Shown here in pieces: positions 18,296-28,106 of a stretch of DNA of 64,000 nucleotides (within the stretch, counting starts at the first letter, position 1; each line of letters begins with the position of its first letter). Source of the DNA: a bacterium (lineage in GTDB: Bacteria; Patescibacteriota; Minisyncoccia; UBA6257; GWB1-50-10); contig JAJYXV010000015.1 in the NCBI GenBank assembly GCA_021801565.1, positions 91,168 to 155,167 of the forward strand, written 5' to 3'. A program made the translations under genes and the position numbers. The notes under the pieces are model-generated. The model was not told the DNA's origin. It ran no database searches and saw nothing but the letters and a program-made list of their open reading frames with translations.

Positions 18296-19420
18296 ATGCA
18301 TAAACCCGCAATTCTTTCGGTGGGGTTGCTTGCTGGTACGATCATTGGTGCCGGCATTTTTTCACTTCCTTATCTTTTTTTTCGTGTCGGACTTGTTCCC
18401 AGCGTGCTCTATCTTTTGATGTTTAGTGGGATATATATTGCGTTCTATTTTATGTATTCATCACTTCTTCTTAAAGAATCCGAACCGCATGATTTTTTTA
18501 GACTAGCCAGAAAATATTTATCAAAACCATTTTCAAAACTTGCCTCGTTTCTTGCGATTGGAGAATTACTATTTGCGCTTGTGATATATCTCATTCTTGC
18601 GGAAAGGTTTTTAAATTTTAGTTTCGGAATAAATGGAATCTCCGCCGTGTTTTTGTTTTGGATACTAAGCTCCGTTTTTATATTTGTCCGTCTGAATTGG
18701 CTGGGGGTTATCGAGGTATTAAGCACTCTTTCTGTTATTACACTCATTATTTTTATTTTTTTTATAGGAGGAACGACAACAAATATTCCTAATATTTCTC
18801 TTTTTCCCCATATATTTGATTGGAAATTATTACTTCTCCCTTTTGGTCCCCTCCTTTTTTCATTTTCCGGGCGTTCTGCCATTTCAAAAATAGTCGAAGA
18901 ATATAGAAAAGCGAAAGATACGAATAGCCGGTTTTCGATTAAAAAATCTCTTGTGTGGGGAACTGTTATTCCTGCAATAGTGTATCTTTTCTTTGTTTTT
19001 AGTGTTTTTCGGCTCGGAGGAAACATTTCCGCAGACACATTAAGCGGGCTCACATTCCTCTCTCCGTTTGTATGTGGACTCCTTGGACTCCTTGGTCTCA
19101 TTGCTCTTTGGGATTCATATTTTATTATTGGGATAAACATAAAAGACATCCTTGTGTGGGATGCCTTATGGCCACGGTGGATTGGTATTAGTATTCCTCT
19201 TTTTCTTCCCTTAGCTCTCTATTTTCTCGGATTTAAAGACTTGCTTTTAGTGCTTGGTCTTGTTGGTGGTGTTTTTACTGCATGTGCCGGAATTTTTGTA
19301 ACACGCATGTGGCAAAACGCGTTTCCTCTCCATGGGTTCAAAAACCTCTCCCACGCGCTGTATATAGTTTTTTCCATCGCCGTTATATATGAGGTTTTAA
19401 ACATCGCGTTCAGTCTTTAA
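18296..19420 (+). CDS. Aromatic amino acid permease of the Mtr/TnaB/TyrP (HAAAP) family.
   Basis: The N-terminal GTIIGAGIFSLP motif closely matches the Mtr/TyrP signature. About 11 TM helices. 374 aa. Confidence 0.6.
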   Translation: MHKPAILSVGLLAGTIIGAGIFSLPYLFFRVGLVPSVLYLLMFSGIYIAFYFMYSSLLLKESEPHDFFRLARKYLSKPFSKLASFLAIGELLFALVIYLILAERFLNFSFGINGISAVFLFWILSSVFIFVRLNWLGVIEVLSTLSVITLIIFIFFIGGTTTNIPNISLFPHIFDWKLLLLPFGPLLFSFSGRSAISKIVEEYRKAKDTNSRFSIKKSLVWGTVIPAIVYLFFVFSVFRLGGNISADTLSGLTFLSPFVCGLLGLLGLIALWDSYFIIGINIKDILVWDALWPRWIGISIPLFLPLALYFLGFKDLLLVLGLVGGVFTACAGIFVTRMWQNAFPLHGFKNLSHALYIVFSIAVIYEVLNIAFSL

Positions 19421-19422
19421 AT

Positions 19423-20823
19423 ATGATAAAAAAGATTTCGAAAAACAGAAATATTTCTCGCATTATATTTTTTTTGTTTCTTTTTTCAATTCCATTTGGA
19501 ACGAAAAAATTTCTTATCTCTTTTACTGGAAACACAAGCGAGTTTGATGCGGCGTTTGTTTTCCTAAGCGATATCTTATTTTTTCTCGCATTTTTTCTTT
19601 TGAGCGAATCGTTTTTTGGAAGCGTGCAAAATGCATTAAAGAGTTTCTTTGTTTTTTTGAAAGAAGAGAAAAAAATAGCCGCCCCTCTTTTTCTTCTCTT
19701 TTTTGTTTCTTTCTTTTCCCTCTTTTTATCATCACACACATACATAAGCGCCTACTCCTTTCTTCGGCTTATATTCATAGGACTTCACTCATTATTTTTA
19801 TTTTTTGTTTTGAAAAAAAATATAATTTCAATAAATTTTTTCGCAGGCACGCTTGTTTCTGCTGCTGTTTTTCAGGCGCTCGTTGGATTTTTTCAATTTT
19901 TCTTTCAAAAAAGCGTGGGAATGTGGTTTTTGGGTGAGTCAATCATCAATGAGTTTTCTAAAAACGTTGCACGCTTTCCTGTTTTTGGCGTTCCGCTTCT
20001 CCGTGCATATGGCACGATGGCGCACGCAAACATACTTGCCGGGTTTCTCGCGTTGGGGCTTATCGCGTGTTTGTTTTTATGGATAAACAAAAAACAAGCG
20101 ACCTCCTCGTCCCTTAAAATTTTTCTAAAAGAGAGGCTACTTTTTCGTATAATCATCTCTATTTCCCTTTTTATAATTCTCGTCGGTATTGTACTTACGT
20201 TTTCGCGATCAGGATGGATTGTCTCTTTATGTGCAATAATGTTTTCATTGTTTGTTGGCACTCTTTATAAAAATACGCGACAACAAACAATTCATCTCAC
20301 CATCGTCATATGTGTATTGTTTCTTCTTCTTTTTATTTCGCTTGGATGGGCAATTTTCCCCCGCGTCACGCTTTCTCGCAGCGAGCCATCGGTGAATTAT
20401 CGAATGCTTTATAACAACATTGGGAGCGATATTGTACTGCAACAACCACTCGGTGTTGGAATTGGGAACCAAGTATTTTTTTCAAGGGAACATAATCTAT
20501 ACGAAAAATATGGCATTTATAATAGTATAGATTGGCAGCCAATTCACAACCTCTATCTTCTTATTGCTTCTGAGCTCGGAATATTAGGACTTCTTTCTTT
20601 TTTATATATTATTATTGTTGCAACCTCATTTTCTTTTAAGAAGCAGTTTTTTGTTTTTTTAAAATCTCCACCTCAATATTTTTGGTTTGGTGTTGTTCTT
20701 CTCTCATCACTTCTTATATTTGGTCTGTTTGATCATTTCCTTTGGACGCTCGAATCGGGAAGGTTGATGCTTTGGCTAGTTTTGGGAATAATGATGTGGG
20801 CAAGCAAGAAACCGTCCTCGTAG
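19423..20823 (+). CDS. O-antigen ligase (Wzy_C) family membrane protein.
   Basis: Multi-TM protein. LTFSRSGWI and HNLYLLIASELGILGL motifs typical of the O-antigen ligase domain. Confidence 0.7.
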   Translation: MIKKISKNRNISRIIFFLFLFSIPFGTKKFLISFTGNTSEFDAAFVFLSDILFFLAFFLLSESFFGSVQNALKSFFVFLKEEKKIAAPLFLLFFVSFFSLFLSSHTYISAYSFLRLIFIGLHSLFLFFVLKKNIISINFFAGTLVSAAVFQALVGFFQFFFQKSVGMWFLGESIINEFSKNVARFPVFGVPLLRAYGTMAHANILAGFLALGLIACLFLWINKKQATSSSLKIFLKERLLFRIIISISLFIILVGIVLTFSRSGWIVSLCAIMFSLFVGTLYKNTRQQTIHLTIVICVLFLLLFISLGWAIFPRVTLSRSEPSVNYRMLYNNIGSDIVLQQPLGVGIGNQVFFSREHNLYEKYGIYNSIDWQPIHNLYLLIASELGILGLLSFLYIIIVATSFSFKKQFFVFLKSPPQYFWFGVVLLSSLLIFGLFDHFLWTLESGRLMLWLVLGIMMWASKKPSS

Positions 20824-20885
20824 TTCAATGGATAGAACGCTGGCCTCCGAAGCTGGAAATAGAGGTTCAACTCCTCTCGAGGGCA
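20814..20885 (+). tRNA. tRNA-Arg (anticodon CCG). No CCA encoded.
   Basis: Acceptor GTCCTCG/CGAGGGC. D arm GTTC..GAAC. Anticodon loop CTCCGAA. T arm AGAGG-TTCAACT-CCTCT. Discriminator A. Overlaps the 3' end of the upstream CDS by 10 nt. Confidence 0.75.
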
Positions 20886-20993
20886 CAAAAAATCGCTGAT
20901 CGAATTTTATCAATACCCGTAGGAGGGCCAGCACCTCTGGTGGGAAAGCTTGGAAATTGTGGGTTTCATGTAATAACACATTGTAAGTACGCC

Positions 20994-21914
20994 ATGGAAT
21001 ATAAAAAAAAGATCAAAAAAAACATTTCGCTTAAAAAATATTCCACCCTCGGTATTGGAGGAATTGCCGAATTATTTTTTTTAGCGAAGAAGCCAGAAGA
21101 TATTATATCGGCAGTTTTATGGGCAAAAAAGAAAAAAGTTCCTGTAAAAATATTTGCTGGAGGAAGTAATGTGTTTTTTGAGAAGAAGAAAGTTGAGGGG
21201 TTGCTAATTTGTGCGCGTGGGGGAAAGATACTCAAGAAAGAACGTGGATACATTGTCGATTCGGGAGTATCACTTGATTTGGTCATAAAAAAATCACTTC
21301 GTGACGGCTATACCGGGCTTGAATCGCTTACGGCAATTCCCGGAACGATTGGGGGGGCCATATATGGAAACGCGGGAGCATACGGACACTCAATTTCCGA
21401 AGTGGTAAAAAGGGTTCAGATATTTAATGGAAAAAGGACACTCTGGGTGAGCGGTGCGGCATCTAAATTTGGATATCGGAACAGTATTTTTAAAAGGAGA
21501 AGTCTATACATATTAAGGGTGGAAATACTTCTCAAAAAAGACAAAAACGATGCAGCTGCCGATGTTTCAAAAAAAATAAGGGCAATACGGAATAAAAAAT
21601 ATCCCCCCACACTGAAGTGTCCCGGAAGCTTCTTTAAAAACATTTTTGTAAAAGACATATCACACAAGGCAAAAAAAATAATTGATAGTTCGAAAATTGT
21701 TGAAGGAAAAATTCCCGCGGGATATCTCCTTGAATCAGTTGGGGCAAAAGGAATGGTGGTGGGGGGCATGAGGGTTATGGACTATCACGGAAACCTTTTT
21801 GTGAACCAAAAAAATGCGACCACATATGATGTTAATAAAATTACTACAACGTTAAAAAAAAGAGTGAAGAGAAGGTTTGATATTGATCTTGAAGAGGAGG
21901 TGATGCGTTTTTAA
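20994..21914 (+). CDS. murB: UDP-N-acetylenolpyruvoylglucosamine reductase MurB.
   Basis: FAD-binding domain KKYSTLGIGG..IFAGGSNVFF. MurB C-terminal domain. The ORF-track start at 20742 runs through the tRNA and is rejected. Confidence 0.85.
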   Translation: MEYKKKIKKNISLKKYSTLGIGGIAELFFLAKKPEDIISAVLWAKKKKVPVKIFAGGSNVFFEKKKVEGLLICARGGKILKKERGYIVDSGVSLDLVIKKSLRDGYTGLESLTAIPGTIGGAIYGNAGAYGHSISEVVKRVQIFNGKRTLWVSGAASKFGYRNSIFKRRSLYILRVEILLKKDKNDAAADVSKKIRAIRNKKYPPTLKCPGSFFKNIFVKDISHKAKKIIDSSKIVEGKIPAGYLLESVGAKGMVVGGMRVMDYHGNLFVNQKNATTYDVNKITTTLKKRVKRRFDIDLEEEVMRF

Positions 21915-21932
21915 TTCCTGTATAATTGATAT

Positions 21933-22556
21933 ATGTCAAAAGAAGAACAGTTAAAAAAACTAGAAAATGAATTAGCCGAAGATATTTCACTTCCCCTTCG
22001 GGAATCAAATCTTGTATTTGGTGAAGGAGACATAAACTGCGACGTATTGTTTATTGGTGAGGCTCCAGGACAAAAAGAAGATGAATTACGACGTCCGTTT
22101 GTCGGAAGGGCTGGAAAGTTGCTCGACAAACTTATTGAGGCAATTGGATGGAAACGCGAGAATGTGTACATTACAAATATTGTAAAGCGCAGGCCACCGA
22201 TGAATAGAGATCCGCTTCCAGAAGAGATTGAAGCATACAAGCCATATCTTACAAGACAAATAGATGTTATTCATCCTAAGGTTATTGCGACACTTGGACG
22301 TTTTTCGATGAATTATTTTATTCCAACCGCAAAAATAACCCGAGACCAAGGAAAAATATTTAGGATCGGGGACGGAAAGCTTCTTGTCCCGCTTTTTCAT
22401 CCCGCTGCTGGATTGCGTTCTCCGGAAATGCTTAAAAAACTAACAGAAAGCTTTTACAAACTTCCATTGATTGTAAAAAAACACAGCGAATTAATAGAGA
22501 AAGAGCGCGCTCATGAAGAGGTTATAGAATCAACACAACAAGAAAAACTTTTATGA
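21933..22556 (+). CDS. Uracil-DNA glycosylase, family 4.
   Basis: GEGD..FIGEAPGQKED and RRPFVGRAGKLL motifs. HPAAG near the C-terminus. Confidence 0.85.
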   Translation: MSKEEQLKKLENELAEDISLPLRESNLVFGEGDINCDVLFIGEAPGQKEDELRRPFVGRAGKLLDKLIEAIGWKRENVYITNIVKRRPPMNRDPLPEEIEAYKPYLTRQIDVIHPKVIATLGRFSMNYFIPTAKITRDQGKIFRIGDGKLLVPLFHPAAGLRSPEMLKKLTESFYKLPLIVKKHSELIEKERAHEEVIESTQQEKLL

Positions 22557-22565
22557 TACAAAAGT

Positions 22566-22955
22566 GTGTTTTCTTCTTTTGTTGGGTATAATGAGGTATA
22601 TACCGAACATATGCATTTCACCGCACTATATCTTATAGAGAGATTTTTTTACAGAATATTAGAATTTTTAAGGCATTGGTATATAAAAAGTATTCGGATG
22701 TATTCAGATTTTATTGTTAGCCGCTTTGAATCAATGGATAGGGTGTTTGCTTGGAAAATTACCGCAAAAAATATTTTTAAACCACTTTATGGTGACTACT
22801 CGGTCACTGGATATGTCTTTGGGTTTCTATTTCGTGTTGTTCGCCTTTTAACGACAACGATACTATATACGTGTATATTTGTCATTGCACTACTTCTCTA
22901 TATTATATGGTTTCTTATTCCACCATTTCTCTTATACAAAACACTAAACTCATAG
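22566..22955 (+). CDS. Hypothetical membrane protein.
   Basis: 129-aa ORF with a hydrophobic C-terminal half. No recognisable motif. Confidence 0.35.
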   Translation: MFSSFVGYNEVYTEHMHFTALYLIERFFYRILEFLRHWYIKSIRMYSDFIVSRFESMDRVFAWKITAKNIFKPLYGDYSVTGYVFGFLFRVVRLLTTTILYTCIFVIALLLYIIWFLIPPFLLYKTLNS

Positions 22956-22959
22956 GCGC

Positions 22960-25452
22960 ATGAATATATATTTTAAAGAAGAACGCTTGTTTTTATCGGG
23001 AATTGGCGAAACCATTGTACGCCTAGTTTCATACGCCGCGTACATATTTCTCACATCTGTGTGTGTGCTTTTGTTTTTTTCAGACGTGGAATCGCTTCGT
23101 TGGTTTTCCCTTCTTTTGGGGATTTTTCTTTTCGACAGACTTCTTCATGCGAGAAAAGGAGAAAAAACAGTTTCAGAGATAGGGGAAAAAAAAGATCAGA
23201 ATGTTGCCCTTGTATGCACAACATCCACCCAACGGGTACTCGGATATGGTTTTCGTCGTTCAATTATGACAAACGAAGATCCCTATTGTGTTATGCTCTT
23301 AGAACTTGTAAAACGGAGAGATATACAAAAAGTCCTCGCTCGGCTTGATATTCGTTATACAGAGTTTGCAGAAAAGATTTCACAATATCTTACCTCGACA
23401 ACCAAAAGAGGAAAAGAAGAGTTTTACACGATTGTTTCTTCAATTGCGATTGAGGCATACAACAATGCGCGTGTGGTTCATGAAAAATATATAGAACCGA
23501 GGAATATATTTGCCGCGATCATATCGAGTGAATATCCGCCAATACAAAAAACACTAGATCTCTTTAATATTCTTCCTGGAGATGTGGCAGAAGCAATTAT
23601 TTTTGGACGATATACCCGTTTTCTTTCTGGAATTAAAACCCTTCCCTCATTTTTGGGTGGCCTCGTATATGAGTCGAGAATAATAAGAAAAAGAGTTATG
23701 AACCGAGCGTGGACATCGCGTCCCACCCCCTTCTTGGATCAGTATGGAAGCGACCTTACCGAACGAGTGCGGAGTGAAAAAATAGGTTTTTTGATTGGTC
23801 ATAGTAAAGAGTACGAAGAGATCCTTCGTGTTATTTCCCGGCCAGGAAAACCAAATGCACTTTTGGTGGGGGATCCTGGATCGGGAAAATCAACTATTGT
23901 TGCGCATCTTGCTTTTCAGATGGTAAAAGACAACGTGCCAAAAGTTTTATTTGATAAGCGCCTTATTTCTCTCAATATTTCGAAACTTGTTTCTGGCGCA
24001 ACACAAGAACAAATGACAGATCGAATGCAAAGAATAGTTCAAGATATATTAAACGCTGGGAATATTGTGCTTTTTATTCCAAATATTCACGATCTCTTTC
24101 GAACTACAAATACGCAGGCGATAAACGTGATGGATCTCCTACTGCCAATAATTGAAAGTCAAAACATTCCTGTTATTGGCGATACGTACCCGAAAGAATT
24201 TAAATCGTATATTGCGCCTCGGACAGATTTTTTAGATCAATTCGATGTAGTGCAAATCAATGAAATTTCTGAAGAAGAGGCAATGCGTTTTCTGGTGTAT
24301 CGAAGTATCTTTCTTGAGCATGATTTTAAGGTTTTTATTACGTTTAAAGCAATTAGAAAATCAGTTGAACTTGCACATAGATATTTTAGAAACAAACTTC
24401 TTCCTGGAAGCGCATCAGATCTTTTAAAAGAGGCAATTGTACAAGCAGAACGCTTGAAAGAGAAAATACTTACCCAGGATTTTGTTATTGACGTCGCAGA
24501 GAAACAAAGCAAAATTCCAATTCAGGGAGCATCAGGGTTGGAGGCTGAACAACTTCTCAATCTGGAAGAGACGATACATGAAAAACTGGTAAACCAAAAA
24601 ACAGCCGTGCGTGATGTTGCGCAAGCGCTTCGAGAATACCGGAGTGGACTTTCTCGCCAAGGAGGACCAATTGCAACGTTTTTATTTGTCGGTCCGACTG
24701 GTGTTGGAAAAACAGAACTTGCGAAGATACTTGCAAAAATACAATTTGGATCAAAAGATTCAATGCAACGTTTTGATATGTCCGAATATCAGGACAAACA
24801 AAGCATTTTTAGGCTTATTGGGACTCCAGACGGAACAAAAAGTGGGACGCTTACTGATGGGGTTATGCAAGAGCCATACAGTCTTGTTCTCCTTGATGAG
24901 TTTGAAAAAGCACATCCTGACGTGTTAAATATTTTTCTGCAAGTCTTTGATGATGGAAGATTGAGCGATAGTCTCGGAAGAACGGTAAGTTTTGAAAATA
25001 CTATTATCATTGCGACATCAAATGCGCATTCACAATTTATAAAGGAAGAGGTAGAAGCTGGAAAAACAATTGAAGAGGTTGGAGAGCAGTTAAAGAAAAA
25101 GCTTACTGATTATTTTAAGCCTGAACTTATTAACAGGTTTTCAGATATTGTTGTGTTTAGAAATCTGAGCAGAGAAGAGATAGAACAAATCACCGGATTA
25201 TTAGTAAAAGAAGTTTCTGAGCTTTTGCGCGAAGTGCACGGAATTACGCTTCAGGTTGAGAGGGGCGCAATACAGAAAATTGCCGAACTTGGGTATAGCC
25301 CCGTATTTGGTGCGCGTCCGCTCCGCCAGGTGATTTCAGAAAAAATTCGCGGAGTACTTGCCGAAAAAATACTTAAAAAAGAAATTGCGCGAGGAAATAC
25401 GGTCTCTTTGGATTATAAAGAAACTAATTTTGTGTTTCAGGTTACGGAATAG
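22960..25452 (+). CDS. Clp/Hsp100 family AAA+ ATPase (ClpC/ClpB-like, two nucleotide-binding domains) with an unusual hydrophobic N-terminal segment of about 60 aa.
   Basis: NBD1 Walker A GDPGSGKST. NBD2 Walker A GPTGVGKTELAK. Sensor-2 and ClpB_D2-small region. Confidence 0.85.
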   Translation: MNIYFKEERLFLSGIGETIVRLVSYAAYIFLTSVCVLLFFSDVESLRWFSLLLGIFLFDRLLHARKGEKTVSEIGEKKDQNVALVCTTSTQRVLGYGFRRSIMTNEDPYCVMLLELVKRRDIQKVLARLDIRYTEFAEKISQYLTSTTKRGKEEFYTIVSSIAIEAYNNARVVHEKYIEPRNIFAAIISSEYPPIQKTLDLFNILPGDVAEAIIFGRYTRFLSGIKTLPSFLGGLVYESRIIRKRVMNRAWTSRPTPFLDQYGSDLTERVRSEKIGFLIGHSKEYEEILRVISRPGKPNALLVGDPGSGKSTIVAHLAFQMVKDNVPKVLFDKRLISLNISKLVSGATQEQMTDRMQRIVQDILNAGNIVLFIPNIHDLFRTTNTQAINVMDLLLPIIESQNIPVIGDTYPKEFKSYIAPRTDFLDQFDVVQINEISEEEAMRFLVYRSIFLEHDFKVFITFKAIRKSVELAHRYFRNKLLPGSASDLLKEAIVQAERLKEKILTQDFVIDVAEKQSKIPIQGASGLEAEQLLNLEETIHEKLVNQKTAVRDVAQALREYRSGLSRQGGPIATFLFVGPTGVGKTELAKILAKIQFGSKDSMQRFDMSEYQDKQSIFRLIGTPDGTKSGTLTDGVMQEPYSLVLLDEFEKAHPDVLNIFLQVFDDGRLSDSLGRTVSFENTIIIATSNAHSQFIKEEVEAGKTIEEVGEQLKKKLTDYFKPELINRFSDIVVFRNLSREEIEQITGLLVKEVSELLREVHGITLQVERGAIQKIAELGYSPVFGARPLRQVISEKIRGVLAEKILKKEIARGNTVSLDYKETNFVFQVTE

Positions 25453-26138
25453 TGAATATAAAGAAATTTATGCATACATATTTTCATATTGATTTTGGAG
25501 GTTTTAAGTTAAATAAGGTAATAAAATACTTTGTTTTTTCTGATCTTATATTTTTAGGTGGGTGGGGGCTTATTGGTCCGATTTTTTCAATTTTTATACT
25601 TGAAAAAATCTCGGGAGCAACACTTGTTACGGTTGGTATAGTTTCGGCGATTTATTGGGTTGTAAAGTCGTTGGTGCAGATTCCTGTCGCTGTTTTTATA
25701 GATAAACGCGAAGGGGAAAAAGATGATTTTTATGTGCTTGTATTTAGTTTGTTGCTCGCGGGCTTTTCAGCAATGATGTTTTTGACAGTACATACCATCA
25801 CCGGATTATATTTAGTCCAATTTATTTATGCTGTCGCTATGGGATTTTATATTCCCTCATGGTCAGCAATTTTTTCTCGACACGCTGATAAAACCCACGC
25901 AGCATTCAATTGGTCACTGGATAGTACTATTGTTGGGTTTGCATATGGAACAACCGCTCTCATTGGTGGAGTTATTGGAAAAATATTCGGATTTCAGACA
26001 ATTTTTATTCTTGTGGGAATCCTATCATTTATCGGTGCATTTATGCTTCTTTCTGTTCCCCACCTTATTCTTCCAAAAATAATTTCAGAAAAAACAGAAA
26101 CATTTCGCGATCACACGCCAGCTAATTTAGGAAGATAA
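25452..26138 (+). CDS. Hypothetical six-TM membrane protein.
   Basis: 228-aa hydrophobic ORF. Its start overlaps the Clp stop. Confidence 0.4.
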   Translation: MNIKKFMHTYFHIDFGGFKLNKVIKYFVFSDLIFLGGWGLIGPIFSIFILEKISGATLVTVGIVSAIYWVVKSLVQIPVAVFIDKREGEKDDFYVLVFSLLLAGFSAMMFLTVHTITGLYLVQFIYAVAMGFYIPSWSAIFSRHADKTHAAFNWSLDSTIVGFAYGTTALIGGVIGKIFGFQTIFILVGILSFIGAFMLLSVPHLILPKIISEKTETFRDHTPANLGR

Positions 26139-26146
26139 TTATTTAT

Positions 26147-26650
26147 ATGACGAAAGAAATAAGTGCGGGGATGATTATTTATCGGATGACCAACGAAGGC
26201 CCAAAATTTTTGCTTTTGTATCATAGGGGAAGATATTGGAATTTTCCAAAAGGAAAATTAAATGAGGGAGAAAAAAACTTTCCCGCTGCGTTACGCGAAG
26301 TATATGAAGAAACCGGCATAGGGAAAAAAGACCTCCTTTTTATTGATTGGTTTAGAGTTCAGGATAAATTTACATTTATTAAAAATAAAGAGAAGGTATT
26401 TAAAACAGTAAGTTATTATCTTGCCGAGACGGATAAAATTACTATTCGTCTTCCTCCAGATCCGGAACAACAGGGATATGGATGGTTTCTCTATCGAGAT
26501 GCACTTCGTATGCTTATTCATCCGAATTTAAAAAAGAATTTAAAAAACGCACACGATCTCATTGTTCGAAAAAAGGGTTTATTGCGTCGTCAAACAGATT
26601 CTCCAAAAAAGGGCGTCAATATACGGGAACGTAGTGAGGGGGTTTTGTGA
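26147..26650 (+). CDS. NUDIX hydrolase.
   Basis: Nudix box GKLNEGEKNFPAALREVYEETGI (Gx5Ex7REUxEEXGU). Confidence 0.8.
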   Translation: MTKEISAGMIIYRMTNEGPKFLLLYHRGRYWNFPKGKLNEGEKNFPAALREVYEETGIGKKDLLFIDWFRVQDKFTFIKNKEKVFKTVSYYLAETDKITIRLPPDPEQQGYGWFLYRDALRMLIHPNLKKNLKNAHDLIVRKKGLLRRQTDSPKKGVNIRERSEGVL

Positions 26651-26750
26651 TCCATGGGGTGTTTTGAAAAGAGGAAAAATATTAAAAATAAGGATATAAA
26701 AATAAAAATCGATTTTAATAGATTTCTCTTTCTCCCATAGATATATAAAT

Positions 26751-26785
26751 AAAAAGTGGCCACCTTTCTAGAGTGGCCACTTTTT
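26751..26785. terminator. Bidirectional rho-independent terminator between the convergent NUDIX and rplT genes.
   Basis: AAAAAGTGGCCACC..GGTGGCCACTTTTT perfect hairpin with A/T runs on both sides. Confidence 0.6.
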
Positions 26786-27131
26786 ATTTGAGTGATTCTT
26801 CTGCAATTTTTTTGAATATTTCTGGGTGTTCTTGTGCGATTTGTGCAAGCACTTTTCGGTCTATTAAAATATTCTTTTTTCTTAATCCGCTCATTAGTGC
26901 GCTATATTTTGTTCCATTTAAGCGAGCACCGGCATTTATCTGCGTTTGCCACAATGATCGGTATTCCCTCTTCTTTTCTTTCCTTCCTTTAAACGATCGA
27001 GCGAGTCCGTGAAGTAGTGCTTCTTTTGCTGCGCGTTCTTTGCTTTTTCTTCCCCATCGATATCCTTTTGTTTTTTTGAGTAATCGCTCACGCTTTTTAT
27101 GAGCGATTGTCCCTCGTTTTACACGTGTCAT
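26784..27131 (-). CDS. rplT: 50S ribosomal protein bL20.
   Basis: MTRVKRGTIAHKKRERLLKKTKGYRWGRK.. The ATG overlaps the rpmI stop (ATGA). Confidence 0.9.
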   Translation of the reverse strand: MTRVKRGTIAHKKRERLLKKTKGYRWGRKSKERAAKEALLHGLARSFKGRKEKKREYRSLWQTQINAGARLNGTKYSALMSGLRKKNILIDRKVLAQIAQEHPEIFKKIAEESLK

Positions 27132-27298
27132 ACGTACATGATAATTTTATTTACTGCCATGGAAAGATCACGATTTTTCTTTTTTCTGCGATATTGCATA
27201 CTGCTTTTGTTGCTCCGCGAGTGCCCGAGCGTGGTCGCTCTGCGCCTCATCTTGCCGGTTCGTGTAATTTTTATCCGTTGTGTAATACTCTTTTTCAT
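27128..27298 (-). CDS. rpmI: 50S ribosomal protein bL35 (56 aa, below the ORF-track cutoff).
   Basis: Hand translation gives MKKSITQRIKITRTGKMRRRATTLGHSRSNKSSMQYRRKKKNRDLSMAVNKIIMYV. Classic infC-rpmI-rplT order. Confidence 0.8.
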   Translation of the reverse strand: MKKSITQRIKITRTGKMRRRATTLGHSRSNKSSMQYRRKKKNRDLSMAVNKIIMYV

Positions 27299-27403
27299 AC
27301 GTGCTTATGTGAGAAAAATTTTACGCTTTTTTGAAAATATTGCAACCCCGCACCCATTATTAACCTTAAAACCGCGAGAGCGGTTTTAATGGAATTTCAA
27401 GAA

Positions 27404-27892
27404 CTATTTTTTTGCTATTTGTACATTAAACCCCCTTCCTCCTTGTTTTGGATCTGTGGTGTTCTGATGGGGTTCTTTAATGAGCGTAAGAAATTCACGA
27501 AGTTTCTTAAGCGCCCACTCTTTATTTGCTTTTTCCCTTCCTTTTAAAAAAAGGTTAATTTCTACTTTGTGCCCCCCTCTTAAAAACTCGTCTGCTCTTG
27601 CTGCTTTTATTTGAAGATCATTTAGTGCTGCGCGGGGAGTAATGCGAATTTGTTTTAAGTCTGCGTTTTTCTGTGCCTGCTTTTGTTTTTTTAATTCTTT
27701 CTCTTTTTGATATCTAAATTTATCAAAGTCCATAATGCGCGCGACGGGCGGAATTGCGGTTGGTGCGATTTCAATGAGATCAAGGTTTTTCCCATATGCA
27801 AGAGCGAGAGCGTCGTCCCGTTTCATAACGTCAAGATTCTTTCCGTTTTCATCAATAACACGGAGCTCTGGGGCAGTTATTTGGTTGTTTAT
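27404..27892 (-). CDS. infC: Translation initiation factor IF-3, with a probable non-AUG (AUA or AUC) start upstream of the ORF-track ATG.
   Basis: The in-frame upstream sequence ..INNQITAPELRVIDENGKNLDV-MKRDDALALAYGKNLDLIEIAP.. is the conserved IF-3 N-domain. No ATG occurs between the upstream stop and that region. C-domain RITPRAALNDLQIKA.. Confidence 0.8.
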   Translation of the reverse strand: MNNQITAPELRVIDENGKNLDVMKRDDALALAYGKNLDLIEIAPTAIPPVARIMDFDKFRYQKEKELKKQKQAQKNADLKQIRITPRAALNDLQIKAARADEFLRGGHKVEINLFLKGREKANKEWALKKLREFLTLIKEPHQNTTDPKQGGRGFNVQIAKK

Positions 27893-28106
27893 TCTATTTT
27901 CGATGGTGTAATTATATCACAGATTTTTATCCATGGAAGCACAAAATCAGTTTTGATGTTTATGGTTTTTGCATACATGAATTTTACAAGAAAAATATGT
28001 AGGCAGATAAAAGTGTATTGGTTTATTCTTTTTAACTCGTGTATTGAAGAAAAACGAAGGTTATATGCTATTTCAAGAAAACCACGGGCGTAAGCCCGTG
28101 GATTTT

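Noticed and set aside
18445-19149. 234-aa ORF on the minus strand inside the amino acid permease gene. Similar antisense ORFs occur at 7403-7827, 12179-12544, 41868-42329, 53284-53722 and 59020-59559.
   Set aside because: They lie entirely within well-supported genes on the opposite strand, have no RBS and translate to low-complexity sequence. They are typical shadow ORFs of AT-rich DNA.
20742-20993. N-terminal extension of the murB ORF (start at 20742).
   Set aside because: The extension reads through tRNA-Arg(CCG). The conserved MurB N-terminus begins at the ATG at 20994.
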